This document shows, one piece after another, positions 12,301 through 23,711 of a DNA stretch of 57,509 bases. Each line of letters opens with the position of its first letter. Position 1 is the stretch's first letter. A model generated the notes under the pieces. It searched no databases, was not told the DNA's origin, and was given only the letters and a program-made list of their open reading frames with translations. Origin of the DNA: Octopus sinensis (Eukaryota); NCBI RefSeq assembly GCF_006345805.1, contig NW_021833072.1, positions 1 through 57,509 on the forward strand, given 5' to 3'. Made by a program: the position numbers and the translations under genes.

Positions 12301-13315
12301 CGGAGGCATACAGCTGGTTTCAATTGCCCTAGCAGAAGCGTAAATAATTTCATTTAACTCAGTAAAATCAGGTTTTAATTCTCGTATTATTTCATTTGTT
12401 ACATAGTTGCCAATTTGGATTTGTTTTTTATTTTGGTTTGTATTTGAGAGTTTATGAAGCGGTTCTCTATCATTCATACTTGTATGTCTTACAACTTCAA
12501 GCGTATTCAGGATTTTCTGCCTCATTTCTGCCATAGACTCTCTGTGTTCTTCAGCAAATGCGAGATCTTCAGTTACTGTTGTTTTTTCGTTTTCCTGGCT
12601 ATCTTTAACTGGTACAATAGAATTTCTTGTATCTTCAGGCCTTTGCGTACTTTGGTCAGATGGCAGTCTTTCAATTAAGCCTCGTGGCGGGCTATACTGT
12701 TCATCTGATTCTTCATTTCCTTTGTGTCTTATATTTATGTCATTTTCCGTTGCGTGCTTGATCGCGCTTATTTCACTGTCTGTGAGTCTGTTATTTATAA
12801 AGATATCCCTCCTCACATTTGCTAATTTGTTCTCGTCCAAATAGGGCCTACTGTCTTGATTCCGTGTTCTCCATATACTGTAAGAGTTTGCGGTGTGTCT
12901 CTCTTGAGATGGCCTACCTAATGCATAGTAATAAGCGTATATTACTTCTTTATACTCTTCTCGGGTCCATTTGTTCCGCTTACATTTTTCTTTCTGTGGT
13001 GGTTGTGGTGGTGAACTTGGAGGGCTCGAGTTGGGGGATTTCCCGTTCAAGTGACCATCCATGTCCGTATTCGGAGAAGAGTTTGTGCCAGTTGATGACT
13101 TTTCGATCCCAGGCTGGCTCTTCCCTGGGGGACGCGCTTCCAGATTAACCATAGGACAAGCGATTTGGTATACTGATTTAGTTTTCCTTTTAGTTTCCAA
13201 AAACATTTTGGTGCTACGATAATGTTATCATTTTTTAGCTTTGATTGGCACGTGGGGAGACGGCCATCATTGCCGTTACAATTATAATCGTACCATTATA
13301 GCAGCCGTAGTCGGC
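9346..13315 (-). mobile_element. Apparently full-length R4/Dong-like non-LTR retrotransposon (family 1)
   Basis: Single long ORF with RT and restriction-like endonuclease; ~170-bp 3' UTR abutting (AAT)n on the minus strand; 5' boundary approximate. Confidence 0.85.
9517..13206 (-). CDS. RT-RLE polyprotein, 1229 codons open (first ATG at 13152, ~1211 aa)
   Basis: RT motifs YRPITCL, WIDYKKAFDS, GIFQGDSLSPL, FYMDD, YKYLG; CCHC knuckle CRFC...DHLISGC; RHD, KPDIVV, IDMSIP, K..KY endonuclease motifs; no APE domain. Confidence 0.92.
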   Translation of the reverse strand: MFLETKRKTKSVYQIACPMVNLEARPPGKSQPGIEKSSTGTNSSPNTDMDGHLNGKSPNSSPPSSPPQPPQKEKCKRNKWTREEYKEVIYAYYYALGRPSQERHTANSYSIWRTRNQDSRPYLDENKLANVRRDIFINNRLTDSEISAIKHATENDINIRHKGNEESDEQYSPPRGLIERLPSDQSTQRPEDTRNSIVPVKDSQENEKTTVTEDLAFAEEHRESMAEMRQKILNTLEVVRHTSMNDREPLHKLSNTNQNKKQIQIGNYVTNEIIRELKPDFTELNEIIYASARAIETSCMPPKKQRKPNLGRNQTWRSKIEKEIEFMRGEISILNELICGNDVRSRTGRKMKRKFGSSPREELISIKETLKQKVQAKAQRIRRFEKRNKFYKQNKLFTSNAKKFYREIGKEKVTVKDPPPMEEVQNFWKRIWSDKKTYNINADWIIQTEGSYQNLQQQAWEDITIADLRKALTKAHNWKSPGKDRVPNFWLASLPCAHGKLVQLLNGIMRDPKKTPEWLASGITYLLPKNNETNLPKNYRPITCLSTTYKILTSILAEKTYAFMEKNDIFSIEQKGCRRGSYGSKDHLLINRMILENCHNKRRNLSTAWIDYKKAFDSIPHPWILRSLDIFKISPVISNFLKHNMSLWNTNLQLYHSNGVLASENININCGIFQGDSLSPLIFCIALIPLTSELNRTGYGYKIANKKISHLFYMDDLKLYGKDNNELEGLLRTVKAFSDDIGMEFGLEKCAKATFQKGKVKTTNSVVLDVDTLIRELEQEQTYKYLGINEGSGIQHASMKEKIRKECYRRVRAVLKSELNARNKVLAINSLAVPVVTYSYNVLNWNTSEVKNIDRKIRKLLSCNRMHHPKADVDRLYLPRAQGGRGLIQFELAYKTTTIGLAKYLEISNDWMLKLVENHERRKKVHSIIKESKKFAIDLVQDTQTEQPEGSTATIVAKKVKMMAMKKAHEQLADRWEEKPLHGKYVTRSKQADVDQKQTHQWLRSSGLKAESEGFILAAQDQSLLTRNYQANVMKNGADPKCRFCNDMIETVDHLISGCKVLAPVEYKLRHDRVGQYLHWLISRHYNIKTAEKWYNHHPEAVTEGENVTILWDFPVHTDRTIKANKPDIVVKDQNNKVCLLIDMSIPCDHNISAKEFDKLRKYKDLLIEIEKMWHLKAVTIPVIVGALGMIKKGIVNYMRMIPGLPSLQEVQKIVFTGTSHVLRRALSM

Positions 13316-13837
13316 TTATTATTGTTATTATCATCACCATTACCATCACTATCATCATTATCACCACCATTACCATCATCATTATCATCATCACCATCAC
13401 CATCACCACCATCATCATCAATGATATTGTTTTATGTGTAGTCACAGCAGTATCTTATTGTTATTTTTGTTTTTTTTATCATTATCACCATCACAGTAGT
13501 GTCTGTCTGTCTCGTTGGCTGGCTTGGTGGTTGGCTGGCTGACTGTCTTCAACACTAGAGTTCTTGCCTGTCAAATAATACTTTCTTTGTGTTGATTGAA
13601 CTCTTTGAGTGTGTGTGTGTGTGTGTAGATAGATAGATAGATTATCAGCACTATTACTATCATTATTATCATCATCACCATCATCACCATCACCATCAGG
13701 GATATTTTTTTTTTTTTTCTCTTTAGGTCAAAAAAAGTTCAGATGTTTACTACTATTAGCCTTAAGAAAAATTAAGGAAGGGCTGTTCTGTATTGTTTGT
13801 GAATAGAGAAGTTGTGTTCGACCAGAGAGAATCGTAG

Positions 13838-14105
13838 CATTATTATTATTATTGTTATTATTATTATTATTATCATTATTATTATTATTATAATTTTAAT
13901 GTTATTATTATTATTATTATCATTATTATTATTATTATCATTATTATTATTATCATTATTATTATTGTTGTTATTATTATTATTATTATTATTATCATTA
14001 TTATTATTATTATTATTATTATTGTTATTATTATTATTATTATCATTATTATTATTATTGTTATTATTATTATTATTATCATTATTATTATTATTATTAT
14101 AATTA

Positions 14106-14155
<50 letters not shown>

Positions 14156-14156
14156 G

Positions 14157-14187
<31 letters not shown>

Positions 14188-14290
14188 TATCATTATTATT
14201 ATTATTATAATTTTAATGTTATTATCATTATTATTATTATTATCATTATTATTATTATTATCATTAGTATTATTATCATTATTATTATTG

Positions 14291-14324
<34 letters not shown>

Positions 14325-14402
14325 CATTATTATTATTATTATTATTGTTATTATTATTATTATCATTATTATTATTATTGTTATTATTATTATTATTATC
14401 GC

Positions 14403-14438
<36 letters not shown>
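13838..14438. repeat. (TAT)n array with an internal ~320-bp higher-order duplication
   Basis: Interruption ataattttaatgttattat occurs at ~13890 and ~14207 with similar downstream interruption patterns. Confidence 0.85.
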
Positions 14439-14440
<2 letters not shown>

Positions 14441-16078
14441 TATGTTTGACTTTTGCTTTATGTCTGTACAAGTTGGCTCCAAGTCTCACCCAGAGACCTC
14501 AAGAGACAACAGGTTGGAAGTTCTGTGCCAGATATTTGGGTTTTTTTTTTTTGGTGTTGTACTAGTGAATGTCTAATACATAAAAAAAAATAATAAATAC
14601 ATAAATAAAAAAAGTTTGTTTTGAACCTTGGGATTACATAGAGAGTATTTTGCGTAGGATATGAGCAGTTCCCATGAGCACTATCTTTTGAATTTCTGCC
14701 AATTTGGGGTTTCCTGGTATCTGAGTTAGGTAGCAATCAGTCCCTTTCGCTATCATTCCCAGGGCACCTATGACAACAGGTATTGTTTTAGTCTTCAGAT
14801 TCCACATTTTGCTGATTTCTATTTCAAGATCTTTATATTTGCTCAGTTTTTGGTAGGTCTTGACAGATACGTTTATATCGATTGGGACAGTCATATCAAT
14901 GAGGAGGCATGTTCTTTGTCTGAAGTCTTTCAATATAATGTCTGGCCTATTTGCATCTATCTTCCTGTCAGTTTGAATGGTGAAGTTCCAGAGGAGTGAG
15001 ATGTGGTCATTTTCAAGCACAGGAGGTGGATTGTGTTCCCACCAGTTTTTTTCATGGGGCAAATCCAGGTTTTTGCAAATTACCCAGTGAATATATTGTG
15101 CAGCTCTATCATGCCTACTGAGGTACTCTGTAGGCGCTAGAAGACTGCATTTGGAGACAACATGGTCAATGGTTTCATTTTGTTGTCGGCATACACGACA
15201 TGTTGGGCTACTGCCGTTCTTTAATATGTTGGCCTGGTAGTTTCTTGTTGGTAGGCATTGATCTTGAGCTGCTATGATAAACCCCTCTGTTTCAGATTTT
15301 AAGCCAGAGGCCATTAGCCATTGATGGGTCAGGGCTTTGTCGATATCTGCATTATTCGCTCTCTTTGGGTATTTGCCATAGAGAGGTTTTTCTTGCCATT
15401 TATTATTCAGAATATCTAAGGCCGCAGTTTTGGCACGGGTTTTCATGCGCCTAGCTTTTTCTGTGCTTGTTTCTTGTATATCTATCTCTAATTCCGAAAT
15501 CGGTTGTATTCGGAATTCACTTAGGTATTCCTTTGCCTGTTTTGTGACTGAGTATGATGCTTTCTTGTCTTCATGTTTTGAGACAAGTTTTAACATCCAG
15601 TCCTCAGAGTTTTTCAGGTAGGTGACTAGGCCAATTGTAGCAATCTTCATTGTTATTGCCAGTTGCAAAAGACCACGGCCTCCCTCTTTTCTTGGCAGAT
15701 AGAGTCGTTCTGTATCTGCCTTAGGGTGGTGCATTCTATGCATTGTCAACAGTTTCCTTATTTTTCTGTCGAGCTGACATATTTCAGTAATTGACCAGTT
15801 AACAATATTGAAACTGTAAGTTACGACTGGTATGGCTAATGCATTGATCGCTTCGATCCTGTTTCTGGCATTCAGCTCTGTCTTGAGTATTGCTCTCACT
15901 CTTCGATAGCATTCTCTCCTGATCCTTTCCTTCATCTCTGAATGCCTTATTCCGTTCCCTTTAATTACCCCTAGGTACTTGTAGCTCTCCGCTGGGTCTA
16001 GTTCTTTTATGACATTCTGTTGGTCAAGGTTAACGTTAGATGTTTCTGTCATTTTTGCTTTGATAAAGGTAGCCTTTG
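14439..16078 (-). mobile_element. 5'-truncated R4/Dong-like LINE (family 2), ORF 14634-16052 open for 472 codons
   Basis: YKYLG, RMHHPKAD, CRVC...DHVVSKC, RHD, RPDIIL, K..KY, GTAHILRKILSM; TAT arrays on both sides. Confidence 0.9.
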
Positions 16079-16079
16079 C

Positions 16080-16128
<49 letters not shown>

Positions 16129-16158
16129 TATTATTATTGTTGTTATTATTATTATCGC

Positions 16159-16194
<36 letters not shown>

Positions 16195-16670
16195 CGAAGC
16201 ATTTACATGTTTATTACTTTTAGTGTTTTGCTTCTCAGAGCTCTCAGTCTTGTTTGCTCTGGTAGATTCTGTGAGGGCGCCCTGCAGCCTGCTGTCAGGG
16301 GTCTCACCCCAGGGCCTTTTCCCGCACATTACAAGTTTAGATATTATTTGGTTGTGTTGTTAATTTTCGTGGGATACATTCAACATCCAACCCCCAATTT
16401 CAAAACCTGTTCACAGCAGAGCGGTTTTGGTGGGGGTTTGTTCTACTCTTATACCAATTCCGATTTCTCTGAAATACTTCTCGAACTTGGTTGTTAGAGT
16501 TCCCAGTGCCTCTTCAGCTCCTGCAATGGCACTCTCCCCATTGTCCACATTCTTGCAATTTCATTGTTTTAGTAGTCTGTGCTTTTCAGTTCTGTCTATT
16601 TTTTTGTTACTTATCCATACACCTCCAGGTAGTGCAACATCCAAGCATCGATTTGGGAGTCACACTGGAT
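16195..16670 (-). mobile_element. Degenerate R4/Dong-like 3' fragment (family 4)
   Basis: Minus-strand translation with stops gives EKHRLLK*..ARMWTM..ALGTLTTKFEKYFREIGIGIRVEQ..KTALL, an RLE C-terminus; 3' side abuts (TAT)n at 16079-16194. Confidence 0.6.
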
Positions 16671-16681
16671 GTATGTATGTA

Positions 16682-17444
16682 CTAGCAGCATAGCCCGGTG
16701 TTACCCGGGTATGTAAGAGCCCCTAGCAGGCAACGACTAATCCCAATCTAGTCCTTTCCCTCTAGGGAACGAAGGCGCATGTGTAGGTTGCAATGTCTTC
16801 TCTTCACTCCCAAATAACTCTCAAACAGCTATCGATAATTCAACCCAACCAATTCCTACCAGGAAGAAATTACATTCGAGATTTTACCCCCAACACCGCC
16901 ACTTCTGCTAATAGCTGCTAATAAAGTATCCTATTGGAATAAAAGCGGCCATATAGCTCCTTGGAGCAGACATGATGCTCGCTGTGAATTTTTAAAAAAA
17001 TTCCTGCCAATTTGTGAAAGATATTTTCGAAAATATGTCATCTTGAATTTGAACGCGATTTCCCAAAATGGCATGATTTTATCGATTTTTTTCTGATGGT
17101 AAAGTATTGCATGGAAAACTAACATCAGAATTAAGTTTCTTAGGATAACATTAAGCTTCACCATGAGTTTGGTGAAAATCGATTGCAAGTTGCGAAAACT
17201 ACAACGGAAAATGTGTTGCATATAAAAAGCTTAGATTCTCGACTCCAAGTCGAATTTATCGATTATTTTCAGAACTGGGGGAACTTTTCAAAATTTTCAC
17301 TGCGTTAGTTTTGAATTAAGACATTGGGCTATGTGTGTGTCAAGTTTCATCAGAATCGGTTGAAAGCAGTGGTCAGGGTGAGGGTACAACCTGACAGACA
17401 CAAAGACACACAGACAGACTAACTGCCGTTTATATAGAGAGAGA
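16682..17444 (-). mobile_element. Non-autonomous Helitron-like element
   Basis: Minus strand begins atctctctctatataaacggcag and ends with hairpin cccgggtaacaccggg then CTAG; shares its 5' part with 40260-40642. Confidence 0.65.
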
Positions 17445-17445
17445 T

Positions 17446-17648
17446 GTATATGTATGTATGTATGTGTATGTATGTATGTATGTATGTATGTATGTATGAA
17501 TGTATGTATGAATGTATGTATGTATGTATGTGTGTGTATGTATGTATGCATGTATGTGATGTATGTATGTTTGTACGTATGTATGTATGTATGTGATGTA
17601 TGTATGTATGCATATGTATGTATATGTATGTATGTGTATGTATGTATG

Positions 17649-17680
<32 letters not shown>

Positions 17681-17940
17681 TGTATGTATGTATGTATGTA
17701 TGTATGTATGTATATATGTAGGTATGTATGTATGTATGTATGTATGTATGTGTGTATGTATGTATATGTATGTATGTATATGTATGTATGTATGTGTATG
17801 TATGTATATGTATGTATGTGTATGTATGTATATGTATGTATATGTATGTATGTGTGTCTGTATGTATGTATGCATATGTATGCATATGCATGTATGTATG
17901 TATGTATGTATGTATGTATGTATGTATGTATGTATGTATA
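17446..17940. repeat. (TATG)n microsatellite
   Basis: ~500 bp; the equivalent tract in gene B (39181-39260) is only ~80 bp. Confidence 0.95.
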
Positions 17941-18040
17941 TATACGTGTGCGTATATTTCTATGTATGTATACTTAGGTCTATATGCATGTATTGTCGCC
18001 ATGTAAACTGTGCTCACCCTGCTCTGGCACTTCTTTATAA

Positions 18041-18305
18041 ATGATGGCTACATTCAAGTGCACAGCATATGTACCGTGGCCTCTTCCATGGGAAGAAGTC
18101 GTCTTTCGATGGACAATAACACGCAACGGGAAGAACGTTGTGATTGAAGATAGAGCGAGAGTTTGGGGTTCTGACAAATGTTATACTGAAGTAACTTCAT
18201 CCTATAAACACTATGTACAATATGATGACTTTACTCAACGTTCAACCGTTTCTTGTACAGTATTTAACCAGACACGTACAGAGATAATCGACCCCCGTAT
18301 AATAA
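18041..18305 (+). pseudogene. Gene A exon 3 remnant: Ig-like D2 lacking its acceptor and first ~18 codons
   Basis: MATFKCTAYVPWPLPWEEVVFRW...DKCYTEVTSS...SCTVFNQTRT aligns to gene B exon 3; donor a|gtaagc at 18306 intact; ~200 bp equivalent to 39361-39560 absent; in-frame TAA at 18038. Confidence 0.75.
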
Positions 18306-18384
18306 GTAAGCAAATATTTTTTGTGTTATATTGCTCGCTGTATTTATATTTTTTCTTTCTTAAAATATGGAGACAATTGTTATA

Positions 18385-18601
18385 TATTTCTTTATTGCCC
18401 ACAAAGGGCTAAACATAGAAGAGACAAACAAGGACAGACAAAGGGATTAAGTCGATTATATCGACCCCAGTGCGTAACTGGTACTCGAAAGGATGAAAGG
18501 CAAAGTCGACCTCGGCGGAATTTGAACTCACAACGTACCGGCAGACGAAATACGGCAACGCAATTCGCCCGGCGTGCCAACGTTTCTGCCAGCTCGCCGC
18601 C
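18385..18601 (-). mobile_element. SINE family C with target-site duplication
   Basis: Flanked by tggagacaattgttata and tggagacgattgttata; single empty site tggatacgattgttata in gene B near 40657. Confidence 0.85.
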
Positions 18602-19167
18602 TTCTGGAGACGATTGTTATAGGCCACGTGTTGTGTTCCGTGCAGTTTGTCGCTTTTCTGAAAGAAAACTTTGTTGCATTCCTAAGATGTTTATGGATGA
18701 CTGCTTAAATATTGAATGCATTTACAAAACTCTTTGCCTCAAACCTCAACCGTAATTAGGTCATACATCGGATAGAAACGAACCACTTATTTCTAGAAGC
18801 CATCCCAACTTATTTCTGAATATATGTCCTAACTACCTTCCCTACTTGTAATTCCTGTACACCTGTATATTTAGCACATCTGACGTCATTGCTCTTCGGA
18901 AATCCTTCCAACCAATGAGAGCAGTTTGAAAGTAACATGTGGTTTCTTAGTTTGCATAACAGATTAGTTTCTCGTTAGGTTTGAAATCAGAGAGTGTTAG
19001 GCCTCAGCAGCCTCTTATTTTAAACTTATATATTATAGAAACATAAAGTGTACGTGTATACATAGGCGCATATATGTACATATATAGATAAGATATGCAT
19101 ATAAGCATATATAGATAAGAATATATCCGTAAATATTTTTATGACACATCTATATTTTGTCTTACAG

Positions 19168-19262
19168 TTGCTAGCAGCGCTCCTTCCGGTATAGCATACA
19201 CTAAATGTATTTTGGTCGTCAATCTCATTCTTCTGCTTCTGGTTGCTGCAATTTCTCGATAG
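19168..19262 (+). CDS. Gene A exon 4: GPI-signal-like tail (x)ASSAPSGIAYTKCILVVNLILLLLVAAISR*
   Basis: Acceptor ttttgtcttacag, phase 1, 95 nt to TAG; small-residue omega region, spacer, terminal hydrophobic stretch, no cytoplasmic tail; paralogs at 41619 and 49100. Confidence 0.8.
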
Positions 19263-19560
19263 TGTCATCCTTTTTTGCACAAAGACGATAACGAAGGTTT
19301 GTAAAGATAAATTACTTTCTTTTCCGTTTTCTTTCTCCTTCCTCTCCTTCATCTCCTTCATCTCCTTCCTACCCCTCCTCATCGCTCCGCAAACTCATTT
19401 TCGCCCTCTTCATATACATGGGTATGGTGGAGGGGGGTGTTGCACGCTGCAATAAAATCCATCTTGAAGAGGTGCAAGCTTCTTGGTACATTTAACCCCT
19501 GCAGCTGTGAACCTCGCTCTCCGTGGGACCCAAGAGCTCCATTCTGTAAAGGTGTCTACC

Positions 19561-19943
19561 TGGAAGCACTCCGTCGGTTACGACGACGAGGGTTCCGGTT
19601 GATCCGATCAACGGAACAGCCTGCTCGTGAAATTAACGTGTAAGTGGCTGAGTACTCCACAGACACATGTACCCTTAACGTAGTTCTCGGGGATATTCAG
19701 CGTGACACAGAGAGTGACAAGGCCGGCCCCTTGAAATACAGGTACAACAGAAACAAGAAGTAAGAGTGAGAGAAAGTTGTGGTGAAAGAGTACAGCAGGG
19801 ATCACCACCATCCCCTGCCGGAGCCTCGTGGAGCTTTTAGGTGTTTTCGCTCAATAAACACTCACAACGCCCGGTCTGGGAATCGAAACCGCGATCCTAT
19901 GACCGCGAGTCCGCTGCCCTAACCACTGGGCCATTGCGCCTCC
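19561..19943 (-). mobile_element. SINE family A
   Basis: Full reverse complement of the 1169-1552 family. Confidence 0.85.
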
Positions 19944-19984
19944 ACAAGGGTGTCTACCAACAGTTATTTAGACCAAATGTCACA

Positions 19985-20830
19985 GAGATCGGCCTGTAGA
20001 GTGCTATGGATACCATTTAGTATATCAAATAAACCAGTTATACAAAGACACCACTCTCTGCCTGAATGATGGCCTCGTTAAATCCAGAGAAAAGACCGTT
20101 TCCAGGGATCCAGGGGTTTCCCTTTGTTTTATACATCACACGCAAAATGGCAGCCTTCAACGCGTCTGTAATATTAAGAATCAACTAACTTGCCCCCCTC
20201 TCTCTCTCTCTCACTCCCTCTCTTTCTCCCTCCCACTCTCCCATCTGCTCTCTCGTTTCTCTCTCTTACCTCTCCTCTATCTCTATCTCTCACTCCCTAA
20301 CCCTCTCGCACTCGCTTTCTCTCCTCTCACTCCCTCTTTTTCCCTCTCTCTTTCCCTTTCCCCCAACTCTCTCTCTCCCTCTCTTCCTCTGTCTCTCCCT
20401 TATTCTCCGTCTCACTCTTTTTCTTTCCCTCTCTCTCTCTCTCACTCTTTCCTCCTCTCTCCGTCTCTCTCGCCCTTTTTCTCTCTCCACATCTCTTCCC
20501 TGTCTTTCTCTCTCAACATCTCTCCAGATGTATTAGTCCTGCTGGGTGGTCACATATTTATGAATATTCACGACCAACAACTGCTGTGACGAGAATTCAG
20601 TCATGCCAAGATACATGCGGGGCTTTTCTTGGGTAATCCACCCGCCGAGGGCTTAAAGGTGACCAGCACGCCGATGTAGGTGGTGGCATTGATTCTGGGA
20701 CCCAGGGGAAACAAGCGAATTTGCAAGATATAATCCTCATTCCTCACCTCCCTACGACCATCAGAGACATCTCCGCGAATACAATATTGGGGCCTGAACA
20801 TACGCATCTTCCGTTCATCCGGTTTGCTTT
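19985..20830 (-). mobile_element. Highly decayed Tc1/mariner transposase relic split by a (TC)n expansion
   Basis: Minus-strand FPLGPRINATTYIGVL, gactaatacatctgg (DYYIW-like) and DALKAAILRV...EAIIQAESGV resemble DDD transposase C-terminal halves; paralogous copy at 43285-44030. Confidence 0.55.
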
Positions 20831-21944
20831 TTGGTTTTGTTGGAATTTGTTGTTACTTGGGAAGAAGCAAAGAACGACTGGTTACTCGGAGTACTCCAGT
20901 TTATTCAACAAACTCTTCGATCAAGTCTCTCAGTTCTCACAAACACACCAGAAGCCTATACCCATCCTCAGCAACACAAAATACCCTCGTGGGCCTAGTT
21001 TTACATTGAGACTAAATACATATCGATACGTCTCTGTATATTTATTTATTCTTTAGTGTTACTTCTCTCAAACCCGAGTCTCCTCCCAGTCGAAATGTTG
21101 GTTACTTCCCCTGTTGGTGTGTTCTTCGGTGATTATTCTTTTATCGTTCTGTTCTTTGATGTTTGTCCCTCTCAGTTTTATGTTCTAGTTACCGGCATCA
21201 CAAGTCTGAGAGACTCCATCAAAAGTTGTCTTATCTTCATTCAAAGTATTCCCCCAGAATTTATAGATTCGTTTATTTATTTATTTACAGATTCCTCTTC
21301 ATGTTAACTGACTTTGGTATCGACCTGCGATTTAAGTGATGCTGACAACATCCATGGACCTTTTCCCGATCAAAATTCTACAAGATCTTTATTAAATTTT
21401 CACTGCTAATCTTACCTGTTAATTGCAATCCTTGTAAGTCACTAACTGTAGAAATACTAACAGTAGTAACGTAAACAACTAACAATATTAACAATTCCAC
21501 ATTCGGAGTTAGAGTATTATATACAGAGACAGTCTGAATAGGTTTTTTCAGTTTCATCAGGTTAAAGTGAACATTTGTTAAGTTAACCAAAAGGTTAGAA
21601 GTAAAATTATTTTGTAAACTACATCAAAAATGTTTTGATTTAAAAGTTAAGAATTATTGTTACAGGATATATATAAATAGATAAGGATTGTATATTATTT
21701 AACAATTTTATGTATAAAATCCGTGTGAAATAAATAAAAGCAATTGAAAAATCAGCCTGGTTTGGGGAGATTTGCTTTAAGAAAATGGTTACGGAAAGAG
21801 AATTCATTAAATTAGAACCTATTTATGTCGTTTAATGGAACAAATCATTTACTCCAACAACCAGTTTTGTGTTCAATCATAAAGAGTTAATAATGGAAAT
21901 ATGTTCATGCGCATTGTTTGTTTTTGATATTGTCGGCTACACAC

Positions 21945-22694
21945 TATAGTAGGGTCGGTTGGGCACCGTCTGTGAGGGAAACAGTATCATGATGCAATTC
22001 ACTCTATCAGAAATTTAGAAACGACATGCTGTACTACTTGGCATTCGCGCTGGAAGCTCCTATACGAACATTTTAGAGTGTTTGGGTGTCAATCTGAGGA
22101 AAGTGCAATCTGAGGACATGTACCGAGAGTGATAAAAATCAAACATCCGGTCAACAACACGGTGTTTGAAGTGATCACTGGTGATCCTTCCAGTCACCTT
22201 GCCACACGGCCTCAGACTCAACTCAGCGGCCTAACTCAAGAGCCTGGAGGAGGAAGTGCTGCCTTAGGTCAAGAGGGTGGCTGCTGGAAGACCCTATGTC
22301 TCCTGCAGCATGCCACACAAGCAGGAGAACCCAGTCATGGCTGTCAGGCCATTTCTGCGACCACATCACCCCTAACATCTGGCCACCTAACTCCCCAGAC
22401 TGCAACCCCCTTGATTATAATGTGTGGGGCGCTGTTGAGCGAGAGACAAAAAAGGCCTTGTAACACCAAAGATGCACTGAAGGCAAGGATTATGGCAACT
22501 TTCATCCAGAAGAATTGCAGGAGATTCTGAAGTCGTCTGGAGGCTGTAGTTGAAGCCATTGGCGATTTTACTGAATAAATTTACTCTTTAGTATTTCAAG
22601 ATATTTTTATGTAATTTTGGTAAATATATTTGTTAGAACGAGATGTCAATGCTTGCGTAATTTAGACGACAGTTTATTCACCGCACCCTGTATA
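21945..22694 (+). mobile_element. Decayed Tc1/mariner element (internally deleted)
   Basis: KHPVN..VF.VIT, WPPNSPDCNP(L)DY.VWGAVERE and CNTKDALKARIMA motifs across frameshifts; right end ttattcaccgcaccctgtata; left boundary uncertain. Confidence 0.75.
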
Positions 22695-22742
22695 TGAAGA
22701 TATATACATATATGTACATGTATATAAATGCGTATATACTCC

Positions 22743-22775
<33 letters not shown>

Positions 22776-22787
22776 TAGATAGATAGT

Positions 22788-22860
<73 letters not shown>

Positions 22861-22861
<1 letters not shown>

Positions 22862-23200
22862 CGTTCCTTTATTAGCCACACAGGGCTGCACACAGACGGG
22901 ACAGATTGCAAAGTAGAGCCTTTCTTTTGGTGGGAGAGAAAAAATATATAAATATAAAGATGGGGTAGGTTTTCGATCAAAAGGGATCGTAAAAGGGAAA
23001 GAAGAAAGAAAGAAAAAGACGGGAAAAGAAACAAAGGAGGGAAAAAAATGATCAATAGGGATCGTGTATCACAGTGTCATGATGTAAGGTGTAAGGGGGA
23101 AGCAGATAAGGTTTATCCGTGGGAAGAAAAGCCTACGGAAAAGCCTACGGTAACCTCGGTCAATATTGTTACATGTTACCACATTTGTTTGCAAGTGGGT
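22861..23200 (-). mobile_element. Probable LINE 3' end followed by an (ATCT)n tail
   Basis: Minus strand ends tgtgtggctaataaaggaacgt (AATAAA) directly before the (GATA)n/(GACA)n tract at 22743-22860; no coding evidence. Confidence 0.35.
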
Positions 23201-23327
23201 AACCCTTTGTTTTAAATTTCATAGATAGATTCCATGTTGGATATCTTTTCTTTAATGTAAGTTAAAGGAATCACGTGTAAAATATCTTTAAGAACGTATT
23301 TAATAACATCGTCATGTGACTCATGGA

Positions 23328-23711
23328 TGGAAGCACTCTGTCGGTTACGACGACGAGGGTTCCGGTTGATCCGATCAACGGAACAGCCTGCTCGTGATAT
23401 TAACGTGCAAGTGGCTGAGCACTCCACAGACACGTGTACCCTTAACGTAGTTCTCGGGGATATTCAGCGTGACACAGAGAGTGACAAGGCCGGCCCTTTG
23501 AAATACAGGTACAACAGAAACAGGAAGTAAGAGTGAGAGAAAGTTGTGGTGAAAGAGTACAGCAGGGATCACCACCATCCCCTGCCGGAGCCTCGTGGAG
23601 CTTTTAGGTGTTTTCGCTCAATAAACACTCACAACGCCCGGTCTGGGAATCGAAACCGCGATCCTACGACCGCGAGTCCGCTGCCCTAACCACTGGGCCA
23701 TTGCGCCTCCA
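23328..23711 (-). mobile_element. SINE family A with TSD atgtgactcat
   Basis: Full copy; 11-bp direct repeat at ~23314 and ~23715. Confidence 0.85.

Noticed and set aside
10207-13148. Plus-strand ORFs antisense to the R4/Dong ORF
   Set aside because: Short shadow ORFs without motifs
7829-17977. Poly-I/L/Y and MYVC/HTYI ORFs
   Set aside because: Products of (TAT)n and (TATG)n microsatellites
20601-21056. Duplicated 68-aa and 111-aa ORFs (also 43800-44255) as a conserved small gene
   Set aside because: Overlap a decayed mariner; conservation is at DNA level in all frames and is better explained by recent conversion
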